Of a DNA stretch of 64,000 nucleotides, positions 13,800 to 28,777 are shown in pieces. Below the pieces are notes generated by a model. The model was given only the letters and a program-made list of their open reading frames with translations. It was not told the DNA's origin and ran no database searches. Origin of the DNA: Octopus vulgaris (taxonomy: Eukaryota); the NCBI GenBank assembly GCA_951406725.2, contig OX597817.1, positions 76,570,001-76,634,000 on the forward strand. Direction: 5' to 3'. Each line of letters starts with the position of its first letter. Within the stretch, counting starts at the first letter, position 1. The position numbers and the translations under genes are program-made.

Positions 13800-15729
13800 C
13801 AGCATGTGTAAATGTATGTTTATAGATGCGTTCATTTTGTATGTGTACTTTTGTGGATAGTTTGTGGTTTTTGAGGAATTAGGTTGAAGAAATGCTTAGT
13901 ACAGTCAAACGACTGGCTGCTTTCAAGCAATCTAGAAGATGAATCGAACTGTTTTTGGAAGCGAAATGAATTTTCCCCCTTAACTTTGCTTCTCGTACAA
14001 CCACAAGTAGATTAAAAATGTAAACAAACCCCCCACCCAAAAAGAAAATCCTGACAAAGGAAAACTCACGCAATGATCCAGTGAAGATGGGATATTGTAG
14101 TCGCACAAAATGCTTGAGACAGCAGCCTAATATACCCCAAAACGTACCCTGTTGTTTTTATAGATAGAACTCCTTCGATAATATAGTCTAGAAAAAGTGG
14201 TCTGGTTACAGTTGGCATGTATTTCATCATAGAACTTTCTCTCCGTGTAAAACATGGAGGTAAATAGCCGCTTTTCTCAAATATATGTATACATATGACT
14301 GTAAACATACACACATATATGCAAGCGATGTCTATAATATATAATTACGTACGTGCATGCATATGCATATATATTTATATAAACAAGCTGTCGTATAAAA
14401 TTGTGTGAAAAATCCTAAATATTAAATTTTACTCTTAATTCACCCGAAGAAAATGTTTCCTTTTACACGATGTAATTGATTTGTTCATCAATAAAAACCC
14501 ATCTAAAACAGCTGTAGCGAACCTGTGTGTGTGTGTGAGTGTGTGTGTTTGTGTGCACGTACTTGTGAGTGTGTGTGTGTAATTATATATATATATATGT
14601 ATGTATGTAGTTATGTACGTATAAAACGATTTGTGTGTAAGATTATTGCACGGACATTTTTAAAGGTGAACTTTTTCTGCTTTATTTTATCCTATCTTTC
14701 TTCTTGTTCTAGTTTTTTCGCTTATCTCCTCTCTACTCTACACCATGTACTGATTAAGAACAATGTCCGAAGACTTATAACGATTTCTCTGAGTATCAAA
14801 TTTATAATTTTGACCTTAAAGTTATTTTGTTTCATTCCTTTTATTCTTTATTTGTTTGCGTGGCTTTTTTTCGTAATGTCTTTTATTCGTTCTCAACGAA
14901 TTTAATTCATTTGCTACATCTTTCCTTCTTCTGTTATGCCTTTGCTTCGTTTGCAACCCCTTTCCTTCGTTTACAACATCTCTTCTTCCTTTGCAACATC
15001 TTTCCTTCATTTCTTACGGAGGTACATCGAATAAACTCATGGAAACAACCGTTTATTGTACAGTGCCTGTTGCTAACTTACGGCAGAAGGCTGCGTCTTT
15101 CAATGCGTGTATTTATTTACGTAGATAGTTGTCCTGAAGATATGATTCTGTTCTAAGACTATTGTCAATCAGACGATGGTACAGAAAAGTAAGACCAAGT
15201 ATTATTATTTAGGATTTTGTTGCTGTTGATTGTGGCAGAGTTGTTTGGTGTTAGTTCTTAAAATTTTAGCCGTGAAGGAATGGAAAAGAGAAATTAAGAG
15301 AGATTATCTGTTGTAGGTCGATTGGTCAGAAGCAAAGACTAGATTGTTTAATATTGGATGGAAAGGAAGAGAAGAGGAAGAAAAATTGTGTTAGTAAGCC
15401 GCCAAATGTTCAAGCCATTCCTTATAAAAGACAAAAACAAAAATCCAGCGCACGATTTTCACATACATCCGACATTTTAGATAAGGATAAGGAGGGGGTT
15501 ACTCGCTCTCAAATGCCTCAAAGAATACAAATCTGTCAGTAAAGAGTAAAGAAGTAAAAGTACAAAAAATGTGATATAATTGAATAAATTAAGAAATAAC
15601 TCATTGAAGTTAGTAAAGAGGAGAATAAAAATCTAGCGGAAATGTTTTGATATTGTGTTCTATATTGTATTGCAGTCACTTTGCTACGTGTGTATATATA
15701 TATATATATATATGTATGTATATATAGTT

Positions 15730-15785
<56 letters not shown>

Positions 15786-15822
15786 TGTACACACAGACAT
15801 ACATATATACATACAAGCATGC

Positions 15823-15889
<67 letters not shown>

Positions 15890-16469
15890 CACACTTATTT
15901 AACTACTTGAGAATACAGTATTAAAAAATGACATCCGATTTAAAAAAAAGAAAACATTTTCTATGCACCGTTACCACAGTCTCGTCTTCACTTTTGCTTC
16001 ATTTTTCTCTTTTTATTCTTTCCGAGTAAAATTTTGGTTTTATCTTTTTTTTTCTTTTTTCTTTAAAGAACAGACAAGAAGAGCAAAAATGGAATGTAAT
16101 CATGGAGAATCGAAAACTAATGAATGAAATTGTAAAGAAATTCACAAAAGGCAAGATAATCTATCGGGAAAGTTAAAGGAAAGTAATAACCTCTACCGGA
16201 TAATGAAGGTTTCCATACGTTGAATTAATTTCTCGTTAGAACTTTTACTTAGGAGATTAATTACAAGCAAAGTGGGTCTTTGTCCACTAAAGAAATATAA
16301 TCAATCAGTAAATGATGAAAGTAGGTCTTGGAATACTTTTTTAAAAAGTGTATTAATGATACGAAATGCATGGTTAGTACCAATTTTTCTACACCCCCGC
16401 ATACATATGACTGTACATATCTATATATGAATGTGTATATATATAAATATAAATATATATAAATATATG

Positions 16470-16526
<57 letters not shown>

Positions 16527-16763
16527 ATATAAACCCGGTATATATTGCATCAATAACCAGCTGGAGGAGGCTCTTCCAGTATGCATACGTTTATATATAT
16601 ATATATGTGTGTGTGTGTATGCATGTATATATTTACACACACATGCATAGAGAAATTCGAAGAATTGCTTTAGTCCAATTGTACTACATCTGTCATATTT
16701 ACAGAAGATGTAAATTCGTATCAGTATAGGTGTGTGTGTGTGTATGTGCGTGTGTGTGTGTGT

Positions 16764-16815
<52 letters not shown>

Positions 16816-17383
16816 ATATATATGTGGTCGTGCTGATCACAGCTATTAAGCTGGATATACATTTTCACGAATGTCATGTTATCGCGGGTTTTTTCCTTAA
16901 CAGCATGTCAACTTTGGGGAATTCTTTGGTTCTTGAGATTTGAGATTATCACCTCTTAACTTCAATTCTGGAGAGAACAATTACTTAATTCTATGATAGA
17001 ATAATCCTATTGAAATTTAATCTTATCGCCTAATTCAGTATTGTCGATTTTAAAAGATTTTCAATCATTAATGCGCCCAGTTACTTCTATATTGTCATTT
17101 TAATTCTGGGGTTCCCGGCTTTCACTTTTATGTTCGCTATGACTGAGACTTTTATACACAAATTAAATATTGCTGATTACCATCTGAAGAAATCAACATT
17201 TCTCTGATTTCTGCCATTATACTACAGACAATTGGTATGTTTTACTTTTAAACAAAACAGTGATATAGCGCTAAGAAATGATAACATTATGAATCCCTCT
17301 TGTATTCCAGGTGTTAATTGGAAAAGACTAGGTAATTTCCTGTCAAAAATATATACATGCTATTGAGGAAAAATTAATCTTCA

Positions 17384-17947
<564 letters not shown>

Positions 17948-18300
17948 GAATGTCAGTGCCTTCGGAAGGTTTTCAAGACTTTCAAAGACAGGGTGATAGA
18001 TTAAGGACCTTGTTTTTCACACAACACGATGTACGAGCGGATAAATACTCATGTCAGCTGAGCCAACAGTAAAGTTACCATTACTAAATTCCAAGACATC
18101 AGCCTCTTTTGCAGGGCACTATTATGCTTGTTTCGATTCACCAAGGAAACGAAGATTAACCATATATTCTTCTACTTCTATTTACTTCTAGTTTCTTTGC
18201 CTTTTCATTAAAAATTTGACAATTTTTTTCATATCAACGTGTCATAAAGAAATAAAATTACAATTGCTAAAACATCAGAGAAAAAAAAAAACAGAAGTAA

Positions 18301-18830
18301 AAACTAAGAAGATCCTTAACTTTGGAAGAAACAACAAAGCATAAGACAACACCAAGCTGAAAATACTGCTAAAACAACTGTTGATATTGCATGGGCTCTT
18401 CAACTGTCTGTAAAATTTTGAAAAGAAAAGTATTGATTAAAGGCAACAGTGCGTACTTCGTGCAGTCTATCTGACTGCAGGCTAAAACACCATTATTCCT
18501 CAAATGAAGATTTTAGCAGCATGGATTAGTGATGAAATATAAAGATTAAATATGCCAGTTATTTACGACGCCATATATACACTATATTGTATATGTGTAC
18601 TCAAGGCATCGTATTTTGTGAAGAACATACGATGAACTTCTCCATCTTGTAGAATTATTCCGATGCATTTTGCTGCTTCTTTAAATTTCACGAATGTCCG
18701 ATTAATTAGAAAGCAAAGCTAGGCTATTATAAAAAATATGCATCCTAATTCAAAATGTCACAGAAGCCACACTTTTCGTTGTTCCACTGGTCAATGACTC
18801 TTAAAGGATGGTTTCTATAACGAAAACAGA
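18301..18830 (+). pseudogene. Decayed pogo/Tigger-type transposase N-terminus (CENP-B-like HTH domains)
   Basis: Hand translation: KLRRSLTLEE (18301), MGSSTVCKILKRK (18391), PQMKILAAWISDEI*RLNMPV (about 18498). Stops and frameshifts present. Confidence 0.5.
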
Positions 18831-19618
18831 ATACATTTTCTGAAGAGAAGATAACTATATTTAACTTGTGAAATTCAAATTTTAGTTGAAATTTTAGCTC
18901 AACCTTCAGTGACTTTCTTGGTACGCCTTATGTCACATAGTGCATCTCAGAACACACAGGCACACACATGTATACAGAGATACATGTATAGATACATGCA
19001 TACATACGTGCAGGAATACATATGTAAGTATGAAAATAGGTTCGTATGTCTATAAATCCAGACATCGTAGAGGAAGAAAACAGATAATGATAATTATCAG
19101 ACTTAAGGGATGAACGGTTAAAGAGAAGAAAAAAGAAACAGCGAAGAAATAGAAAGAAGAAAATAAATAAAGGTAGGGAGAAATGGAAAGCTAGGGCTAT
19201 GGGGGTGTAACTGTTAGTAATAATGTTCGACGAGATAAAGACAGTTAAAACAGAGAAATCTACGTGTGGGGACAAGAACTGAAGATTATTGGTAAGCAGG
19301 AAAACCATTAGCAATAAGAGTATTATCAGCAGAAACATTACCAGCCTGCTTAATGACAATGGGTCATAAATATCTATACATTCAGACAGACCATTATGTT
19401 ATTAATTATTTTCGATTGCGTTTATCATCGATAATCAGTAGAACAGAATGTATGCCGCGGTTTATCCGAGTTTACACCCTTTTAGATTTCAATTCCGTGC
19501 CTTATGCTAATGTTAGTTGTAGCGCGTGCGCACAAACACACATACGCACATACACACTCACATTCATATACATATATAGGAGTATGTACACACACACACA
19601 TATATACATATACATACG

Positions 19619-19652
<34 letters not shown>

Positions 19653-19795
19653 CATACATACATGCATATATATATATATACATATATATAGTTATATATA
19701 TAAGTCCATATATATTCATATGTATTCACACATTTATACATATGTATGTGTGTGTATAAGGAAATATATACACACAGACGTACAGACGCACACAC

Positions 19796-19846
<51 letters not shown>

Positions 19847-20576
19847 TATACTGGTACCAATTGGTAGAGTCATTAGATCGTCGGGTAGATTGGGTTTTTT
19901 TGTTAACCGTTCTGGCTCTCTACGTTCTGAGTTGAAATCGCTCCTAGGACAATTACGCACTTCATCTTCTCAGAGTTACTAAACCAAATACCAGTCATGT
20001 ATAAGGGGTCATTTGTTTTCTTTCTCTTAAGCTGCTTTCTATCGTATGTCTGTTGCATTATCAGGAAGAAATGCGGTTGCTAATTTAATTTACAAAATTA
20101 AGGTAATTTGTTAATTAATTTGATCTGAGGTGGAAGGATAATAATCTTTAATGTGAAATTGCTACTCACTGAGATTGCCAAATCAGTTATTTTATACGAA
20201 GTTGAATAATCAAACCACATAGCCATGTTTTTAATGTTTTCCTTCTTCCTTTTACTACCGATTTTGTTTCCCTAAATAACATAATAGTATTTTCTAACAC
20301 GCCTTTATAAGGACAGCCATTTTGCTCAACTGGCTTTGCTACTACGAAGGTGTATTTACTAGGCAAGTAACTTGATCTGAGACTATGTGTTGAATCTAAA
20401 ACAATTGTAGTGGGAAAGACATATCTTAGTCATTCAAAAGCGCTCAAAAGCTGCCGACTTCACTAAAACGTTTATTATCTGTTATTTGGTATCAACATTT
20501 TCGTCGCTTGAAATTGCGACCTGGTCACTAATAAGGTTACCCTGCATTTTTTCTAGACTGAATATAAATATTTCTA

Positions 20577-21340
<764 letters not shown>

Positions 21341-21707
21341 AGGTATGATCGATGTCAATTTGACATTCCCTTTAAACTAATTAGATTACCCAATAATTGC
21401 ATTTACCCAACCAGCCCTTCGAAACGTTGTTCTTTTTTGCCCTCACTTCACTTTCTAAATGTAACATTGACTTCCAAATATCTTTCAGTTGGTTTACTTT
21501 TCGTTAGATAGCACACGATAATAACCATATTAAACACGCACTTCTCGTAGATAGGCATGTACCACCTACTTCAATTCCGTTCTTAATCCTCACCGGAGAA
21601 GGGTTTTGCGACACATGTATGACGCCTTTGGAACACCTATATAGAACAAGGATTCCTTTATAATAAATATATCTTTGTAACTTCAATTTTATAGGAATAC
21701 GTATATT

Positions 21708-22133
21708 GTTTCAAATTTCGGCACAAGATCAGCAATAATGGAGGAGGAGCTAAATCGATTACATCGATCCCTGTGCTCAACAGACACTTATTTCAACTAC
21801 CCTGAAAAGATGAAAGGCAAAGTTGACCACGGTAGAATTTGAACTCAGAACATAAAGAGGGACGAAATGCCGTTAAGCATTTTGAGTGGCGTGCTAACAA
21901 TTCTGCCAAATCCCTTAAGCATGTGTGTATTATTTTCAAATTTTGGCACAAGGTCAGAAGTTTCGGATTTAGAACTGAGTCGATTACACCGACCTCAGTT
22001 CGTACTTATTTCATCGACCTTGAAAGAATGAATGTTGACTTCGGCAGAATTTGAGCTCAGAACGTAAAGACGGGCGAAATGCTGTTAAGCATTTTGCGCT
22101 GCGTGCTAACGATTCTGCCTGCTCGCCGCCGTA

Positions 22134-22171
<38 letters not shown>

Positions 22172-22545
22172 TATACTGTAGGCACAGGGCCTGAAATTTT
22201 GGAGCAGCGGGTAAATCGATATAACGATCCCAGTATTCAACTGGTACTTATTTTATTGATCCCGAAATGAGGACAGGCAAAGTTGACCTCGACAGCATTT
22301 GAGCTCAGAACGTAAAAACGGACGATATGCTGCTAAACATTTTACCCGGTGTGGTAACGATTCTACCAGTTCACCGCCCTAAAGCACTTGTGTATTCTTT
22401 TCTACTCTGGGCACAAGGCTCGAAATATTTGGGGAGGGGTCCAGTCGATCAGATCGAACCTAATACGCAACTGGTACTTAATTTATCGACCACTAAAGGA
22501 TGAAAGGCGAAGTCGACTTCAGCGGAATTTGAACTCAGAACTTAA
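21708..22545 (-). mobile_element. Four head-to-tail SINE family B copies
   Basis: Four repeats of GGCACAAG/GGCACAGG...TCGAT...TTGACC/TCGACT...GAATTTGAACTCAGAAC. Confidence 0.85.
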
Positions 22546-23146
22546 AGCACGTGTATATTAATATCAAATTTTTATTAATAAAACTCTTTTATCACAAAAT
22601 TTGGTTATAATTTAGATATTTTGATAATCGTTTGGTATTAGAAATCTTTAAATTTTTTTTCTTTCAACCTTCGTAACATACTTCTGAACAAGATATCCAA
22701 ACACACCTTATAATTATAAATTCATCATTCATATAAAACTTGTATTAGTCTTGTATTTTAACTTCAAAGTCAAAACATTTTTTTAATATAACCCTACCAC
22801 TTCACCTTTCATACAATATTTTTAACAACCATATTCTACGATATTACTTATCAATCCAAATAAAACTCATTTGATACTATCCTGTAGTGAATCTCTAACA
22901 GATAAATGAAATCTCTCATCGTTATTCAGTGTTGATTTTATATTTTCGGTTAAATGTCGCTGCACCTAACCGTGTCCATTACTGTTTAATTTCTCTTCTT
23001 AAGGCTCGTCAAGTTATATAGTTTTAAACATTGATTTTTCATACCATAATCTCTTTTATAATTGAAATCCCGTAAAACTTGATTATTAGTAAAATTTAAG
23101 TTTATGCACTTGATAGATACCGCGAAAAAATTGCCGTTATAGCCGC

Positions 23147-23208
<62 letters not shown>

Positions 23209-23209
23209 A

Positions 23210-23265
<56 letters not shown>

Positions 23266-23424
23266 AATATATATATATATATATATACATATATATATAC
23301 ACATACATACATGTATACATACATAGATTCATTCGTACGCACGTATGTACGTACATTCATTCATTCATACATGCATGCATACATACATACATACATACAT
23401 ATGCACACACACACACACACACAG

Positions 23425-23461
<37 letters not shown>

Positions 23462-23654
23462 ACAATAATTCTAGGTTTGAATTTATAAATATTTGTAAAT
23501 ATTTATAAATTACCCCCTAGAATTATTGTTCTTATTATGTTTATCCTACATTATATCGGTATAACCACGATGCAACCTCGAAAACTGAATTATAAGTCAC
23601 ATATACATATATGTCTTCAACCGTCTACTGATTTACACACACATACACACATAT

Positions 23655-24060
23655 GGCCTCAAGCGTCTACCATTGACAAAATCAGGGAAGATTGAAATCA
23701 TGTGATCCTCTAGCTTCGGCGATGGCGGGTGATTTATATCCCTGCAAGCGATATAAACAAGATCGGTTATATGCACGAAAGCCAAAGTGAGGTTTTCCTT
23801 CGTCGTAACTGTCGGAGTATTTTGTGGTCTAACACAATATCCACTTTTAAGTGGGGACAAATACTACCCTCTGTTATTAATACTGCTTGTGTCGCTAATA
23901 ATTATCTTTTAAGAAACCCACTGGCTAATCACCACATGAGTGTTTGTTTAGTTACTGTAATTCTATGTATATCGTTAGCAAAGATATCGCTTCTATCTCT
24001 ATCCCCGAGGCGCCTCCTATTGACGCCAGGGAAGGCTAAAATCACGTGACCTGTAATCTC
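23655..24060. repeat. About 330-bp repeat unit (1.2 copies), same family as 61200-62035
   Basis: Shared CATTGAC..GGAAG..AAATCA(T/C)GTG, GATTTAT, GCGATATAAAC, CCAC.TTTAAGTG, CACTGGCTAAT blocks. Confidence 0.7.
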
Positions 24061-24070
24061 GTTGGTACCA

Positions 24071-24179
24071 TAGGAGTGGTTGTGTGGTAAGTAGCTTGCT
24101 TACCAACCACATAGTTCCGGGTTCAGTCCCACTGCGTGACATCTTGGGAAAGTGTCTTCCACTACAGTCTCGCATTATA

Positions 24180-24218
<39 letters not shown>

Positions 24219-24730
24219 GTATATATGTATGTATGTGCTTGTGTGTCTGTGTTTGTCCCCTTCCCCATCACTTGACAACCAGTGCTGGTGTATTTAAGTT
24301 CCCGTAACTTAGCGGTTGTGGAAGCACATGGCATTGTGGTTAGAGCAGCGGACTCGCGGTTGAGGGATCGCGGGTTCGAATCTCAGACCAGACGATGTGT
24401 GTGTTTATGAGCGAAACACCTAAGCTGCACGCGGATCTGGCAGAAGGTAATAGAGAACTTCTGCTGACTCTTTCGCCACAACTTTCTCTCACTCTTTCCT
24501 TCTGCATCTTGCAGCTCATCAGCGACGGACCGGCGTCCCGTCCAAGGAAACCGGGAAACCGACGCTTATGAACCAGGCGTGGCTCGAGTGGGAACAAACA
24601 AACGTAGCGGTTCGGGAAAAGAGACCGATAGAATAAGTAGTAGGCTTACAAAGAATAAGTCCAGGGCTCGACTAAAAGGCGGTGCCCCAGCATGGCTGCA
24701 GTCAAATGACTGAAACAAGCAAAAGAGAAA
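24071..24730 (+). mobile_element. tRNA-derived SINE family A carrying a nested SINE
   Basis: GGAGTGGTTGTGTGGTAAGTAGCTTGC..GGTTCAGTCCC head; CCAGCATGGCTGCAGTCAAATGACTGAAACAAG tail. Confidence 0.9.
24318..24604 (+). mobile_element. tRNA-derived SINE family C nested in SINE A, with 8-bp target-site duplication
   Basis: A box TGGCATTGTGG, B box GGTTCGAATC, (AAAC) tail; TAGCGGTT at 24310-24317 and 24605-24612. Confidence 0.9.
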
Positions 24731-25103
24731 TAAAAGCAAACGAATATATATCCAAAATTAGAGAATGATGTAGATAAAACTCAGGCCACATATATTTCAT
24801 AGCTAGCAGACCCTCACAAGTAGCAATTACCCAAATGAAGGGTAATCCGCTAGCTCCTCTTCGCCTCAAAGTTTTTTATTAGATTTGTTTTCGCATACAT
24901 ATCAACTCCACGTGATAACCATAAACAATAAAATAACTTTTTTCAGCTTATCGACCTTCGATATGGGAAAAATCTACAATTTCTGCGTCAATAAACCACT
25001 ATAGAATGTTGTTCTTTATACTTTCTACGGACTACTCGAATCTTACTAGCCTCCTACACCTTGATCCTTGATCTTACCTTTACACACACATGCTCACACA
25101 TAC

Positions 25104-25144
<41 letters not shown>

Positions 25145-25324
25145 TACATATATATGCATATATATATACATATATATATATGCATATATATATACATGCA
25201 TATATATATGCATATATATAGATGTATGTATGTATATGTATATATATATATATATATGAATATGCATATATATGTGTATATATGTATATGTGTGTATATA
25301 GGTATGCATGTATACATATATATA

Positions 25325-25383
<59 letters not shown>

Positions 25384-25639
25384 GAGAGATAGAGATAGAT
25401 AGATAGACAGCTAGATATACATGTTTATATACCTTATATACTCCCACATATATGATTCCTTTTGTTAAACTTTAGCATTCAATCCTAAATACCATGCGCA
25501 TAAACAATAGGAGTTGTCACAGATATAAAGCATTCTCCTAAAATTTAACTTAAAATGAATAATCTACTGGCTTCTTGATATATTTATGCTTGAATGAATT
25601 TCTGAATGTTTATATCTAGAAGTGCTATCAAGACATAAA

Positions 25640-26400
25640 TATATGATGTACACCAGGAACGTGAGAGATATATATTCGAGAAAGTGATCACACTGAAACA
25701 CATCAAGAAATTAAGAGAAAACCTAAAAACGTCTCCGCCAGAGTAATACAAATATATCGCCTTTGAAAGACAATGGATCCTTTTCTAGACGTAAAGTCCA
25801 AAGAAAAAATAACGGATATATCGTGGCTGTTAATATAAAAGACATGAATAGGTACACTTACATGGAGACATCTATCCACACGTATACAAAATATCAGTGG
25901 TGAATTCCCTATATTATAGAACCTAGATATTGTTCTCCACGAACGAAGTATGTAAAATAATCTTGAGTAGAAAAAAAGGATGAATGAAAAACGATATAAT
26001 GACATTGAATAGAAGAGTTCATGAAGGCAATTAGCGCAATATATATATACGTAAATTACAGCAATATGACGGCCATAGACACGATTCGAAAGATTATCGA
26101 ACAGATGAACGCATTTCTCAAAAATCTCTCAAAATAGAATGCAAAATGAATTATACGAATGCAAAGTCTAACATACTACAAAATCATTTGAATTAAAAAT
26201 CGTATCTCTAGCAAGCCGTAAGTCTATAAACCCGAGAAGAAGCTACTTATGACCAATGTGATTTATAAATTCAATGGCAAACTTGAAAGTTGTAAACTTC
26301 ACGACTTGAACTGTTTTATCGGTCATGCAAGCACAACAATATCGTATGAACTCACCAAGCATTTAAAACAGTGCGCTACATCAATACATAAGCCCAGGTA
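25640..26400 (+). pseudogene. Heavily decayed Penelope-like element (RT remnants plus GIY-YIG endonuclease)
   Basis: Hand translation in the expected order: YTRNVRDIY (decayed YxRYVDDI), PFLDV, YKISVVNSLYYRT, then MTNVIYKF..SC..CFIGHASTTISYELTKHL from 26249. Confidence 0.7.
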
Positions 26401-26811
26401 AGAAAGCATGAGTGGTTAAGATATTTGTTCTTTATACGATTTTCTAGCAGAAATTGATGATTAGTGATAGAAGTCATATGTTATAAAAAGAACACAGTGA
26501 TAGAATAAGCATGCCCAAAACTTACACTAATCACAAAGAAACAGTATCACATGATGATGAAAGTATAAATCCGATGGCCAAAAATTCAAATTCTGATAAT
26601 ATCTATGCTAATCACATTACTTCTATCGAATATAAAGAAGCAGTACCATACGCCAACATAACTCAATTCATAAAGTGAAATTATGAAGTTCTACAAATGT
26701 TGATAAAAAAGTTCGGAATATAATAGGAAGAATAGGAAAAAGTAAAATCCTTGATGAATAAGATACTTAAACATATAAACAGCATAAGGACAGAATAAGT
26801 ATTGCATATAT

Positions 26812-27190
26812 GGGCGCGAAGGCGTGGCTGTTGTAGTAAGAAGCTTGCTTCCCAACCACATGGTTCCGGATTCAGTCTCACTGCGTGACACCTTGGGCGA
26901 GTGTCTTCTACTATAACCGCGGACCGACAAAAGCGAGTGGATTTGGTTGACAGAAACTGAAAGAAGCCCGTCGTATATGTGTGTATGTGTTTATCCCTTT
27001 GCCATCGCTTGACAACCGATGCTGGTGTGTTTACGTCCCCGTAACTTAGCGGCTCGGCAAAGACAATGGAATAAGTGCTAGGCTTACAAAGAATAAGTCC
27101 TGGGGTCGATTTGTTCGACTAAAACCATTCAAGGCCGTGCTCCAGCATGGCTGCAGTCAAATGAGTAAAACAAGTAAAAGAATAAAAAGA
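26812..27190 (+). mobile_element. Full-length tRNA-derived SINE family A
   Basis: Complete head to AAGTAAAAGAATAAAAAG tail; near match to 60762-61165. Confidence 0.9.
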
Positions 27191-27572
27191 AAAATATAAA
27201 CATAATATTTTCTTTGAGTGGCAAATTTGAAATCCATTCTTTCATTTATTTAATTCACATAGTCATCAAGTCATAGCACCGAAGATCTGCTGAGTCATGG
27301 AGCACTTTCAATGTTTCGCATGGATGAACGTAGATTTTTCTGCTTATGTTGATTACATCTACAAATGATATACCACCTGGCAAGAATTTTAGTGTCCCAA
27401 ATTATATTTCACTAGCAGGGTACTCTGAACGTATTTTCCATTAGCAGACTAAGATAAAAAAAAATAGATATTATTTCTCGGCGAGGTCAAATGTCCACTT
27501 CAATCTTTCAGCAACTATTTGTAAGTTGACATACTAACCATTATAATGTGAATGGCATATATATATATTTAT

Positions 27573-27612
27573 GTATCCGAAGAGACCCAGAACGGGTCGA
27601 AACGTGTCGTAC
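27573..27612 (+). ncRNA. Minimal type I hammerhead ribozyme motif of Penelope type
   Basis: GTAT-CCGAAGA-GACCC[AGAAC]GGGTC-GAAAC-GT-GTC-GTAC; stems I and II pair; core has C instead of U at position 4. Confidence 0.6.
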
Positions 27613-28049
27613 TAAATAAATTTTTTTTTCTTCCATCTATTTTATTAATACTGTTACTTCAACCGCCACTATGAAGTTCCTGCAATCTACGGATAATAAC
27701 ACATAATCGAAACTGTGCTGGTGCTTTACTCATCATCCACTTATACATTTTGTATAATTTCTCCATTATATATATATATATATAAATTAAATTAGAGATA
27801 AAACCACTATTAGGCAACTCAGTGATAGACATAAACCGAAACATGAAAAACAAAAATAAATATAATTAATATAATATATAATGTATAAAATATAAAATTT
27901 AAATTATTAAAATTTAAAAATTAAAAATGTTTATATTTAAAAATTTTTCAATTTATAAATTTTTTTCATTTTAAATTTTAAATTTTTTAATTATTTTTTC
28001 TTAACTAACCAAACATTATTAAAAGGTTAAATATAGTATAATAAGTAAA

Positions 28050-28128
<79 letters not shown>

Positions 28129-28740
28129 GCGACGTTGATATTTTTAAATGGCGGTGCCCCAGCATGGCCACAGCTCATAAGCTGAAACTAGAATCAATCA
28201 ATCAATCAATCAAACATACAAAATAGGACAAGAACGCAAAACATCCGGACAGTTAGGTGATACAAAAATGGAACAACAAAACATCCTGGTAGACGATACA
28301 AAGAAAACAAGGACGAGTCATTCGAAGTTTCCTTTCTTCGGTCAAGTACCAGATTATCTTCCCAATTTCGGCTGATTATCAACTCGTCTGTTCCTTTTCC
28401 ACCTTCTACACACACACTCATACATATGTATATGTATATATATATACATACACAGTGTGTGTGTATCTCTGTGTGGGGGGGGGGGCTAAAAGAGTACTAG
28501 GCTTTAATTCATCACTGGCTGGTGAGGTGAACAGTAACCATAACGCCAAAATGTCTCGTGAGGTAACTTGTAACTTGCGTTAAACGTTCGGCATTTTTTG
28601 TGTGCTATACCTCAGTCATATACCCATAAAATCATAGACCGACTATCTGATGAGTTGCTGTGCACTTCCAGGAATTAAATATATTATATGTATTACCTGT
28701 GTACTCTTTCTCTTTCTTTCTGTTTCTGTCTCTGTGTGTG

Positions 28741-28777
<37 letters not shown>

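Noticed and set aside
21708-22545. Regularly spaced repeats suggesting a CRISPR array
   Set aside because: Units are about 200-bp diverged SINEs; eukaryotic context and no cas genes
24322-24395. tRNA-like sequence with A and B boxes
   Set aside because: Head of a SINE, with body, tail and target duplication; no proper acceptor stem
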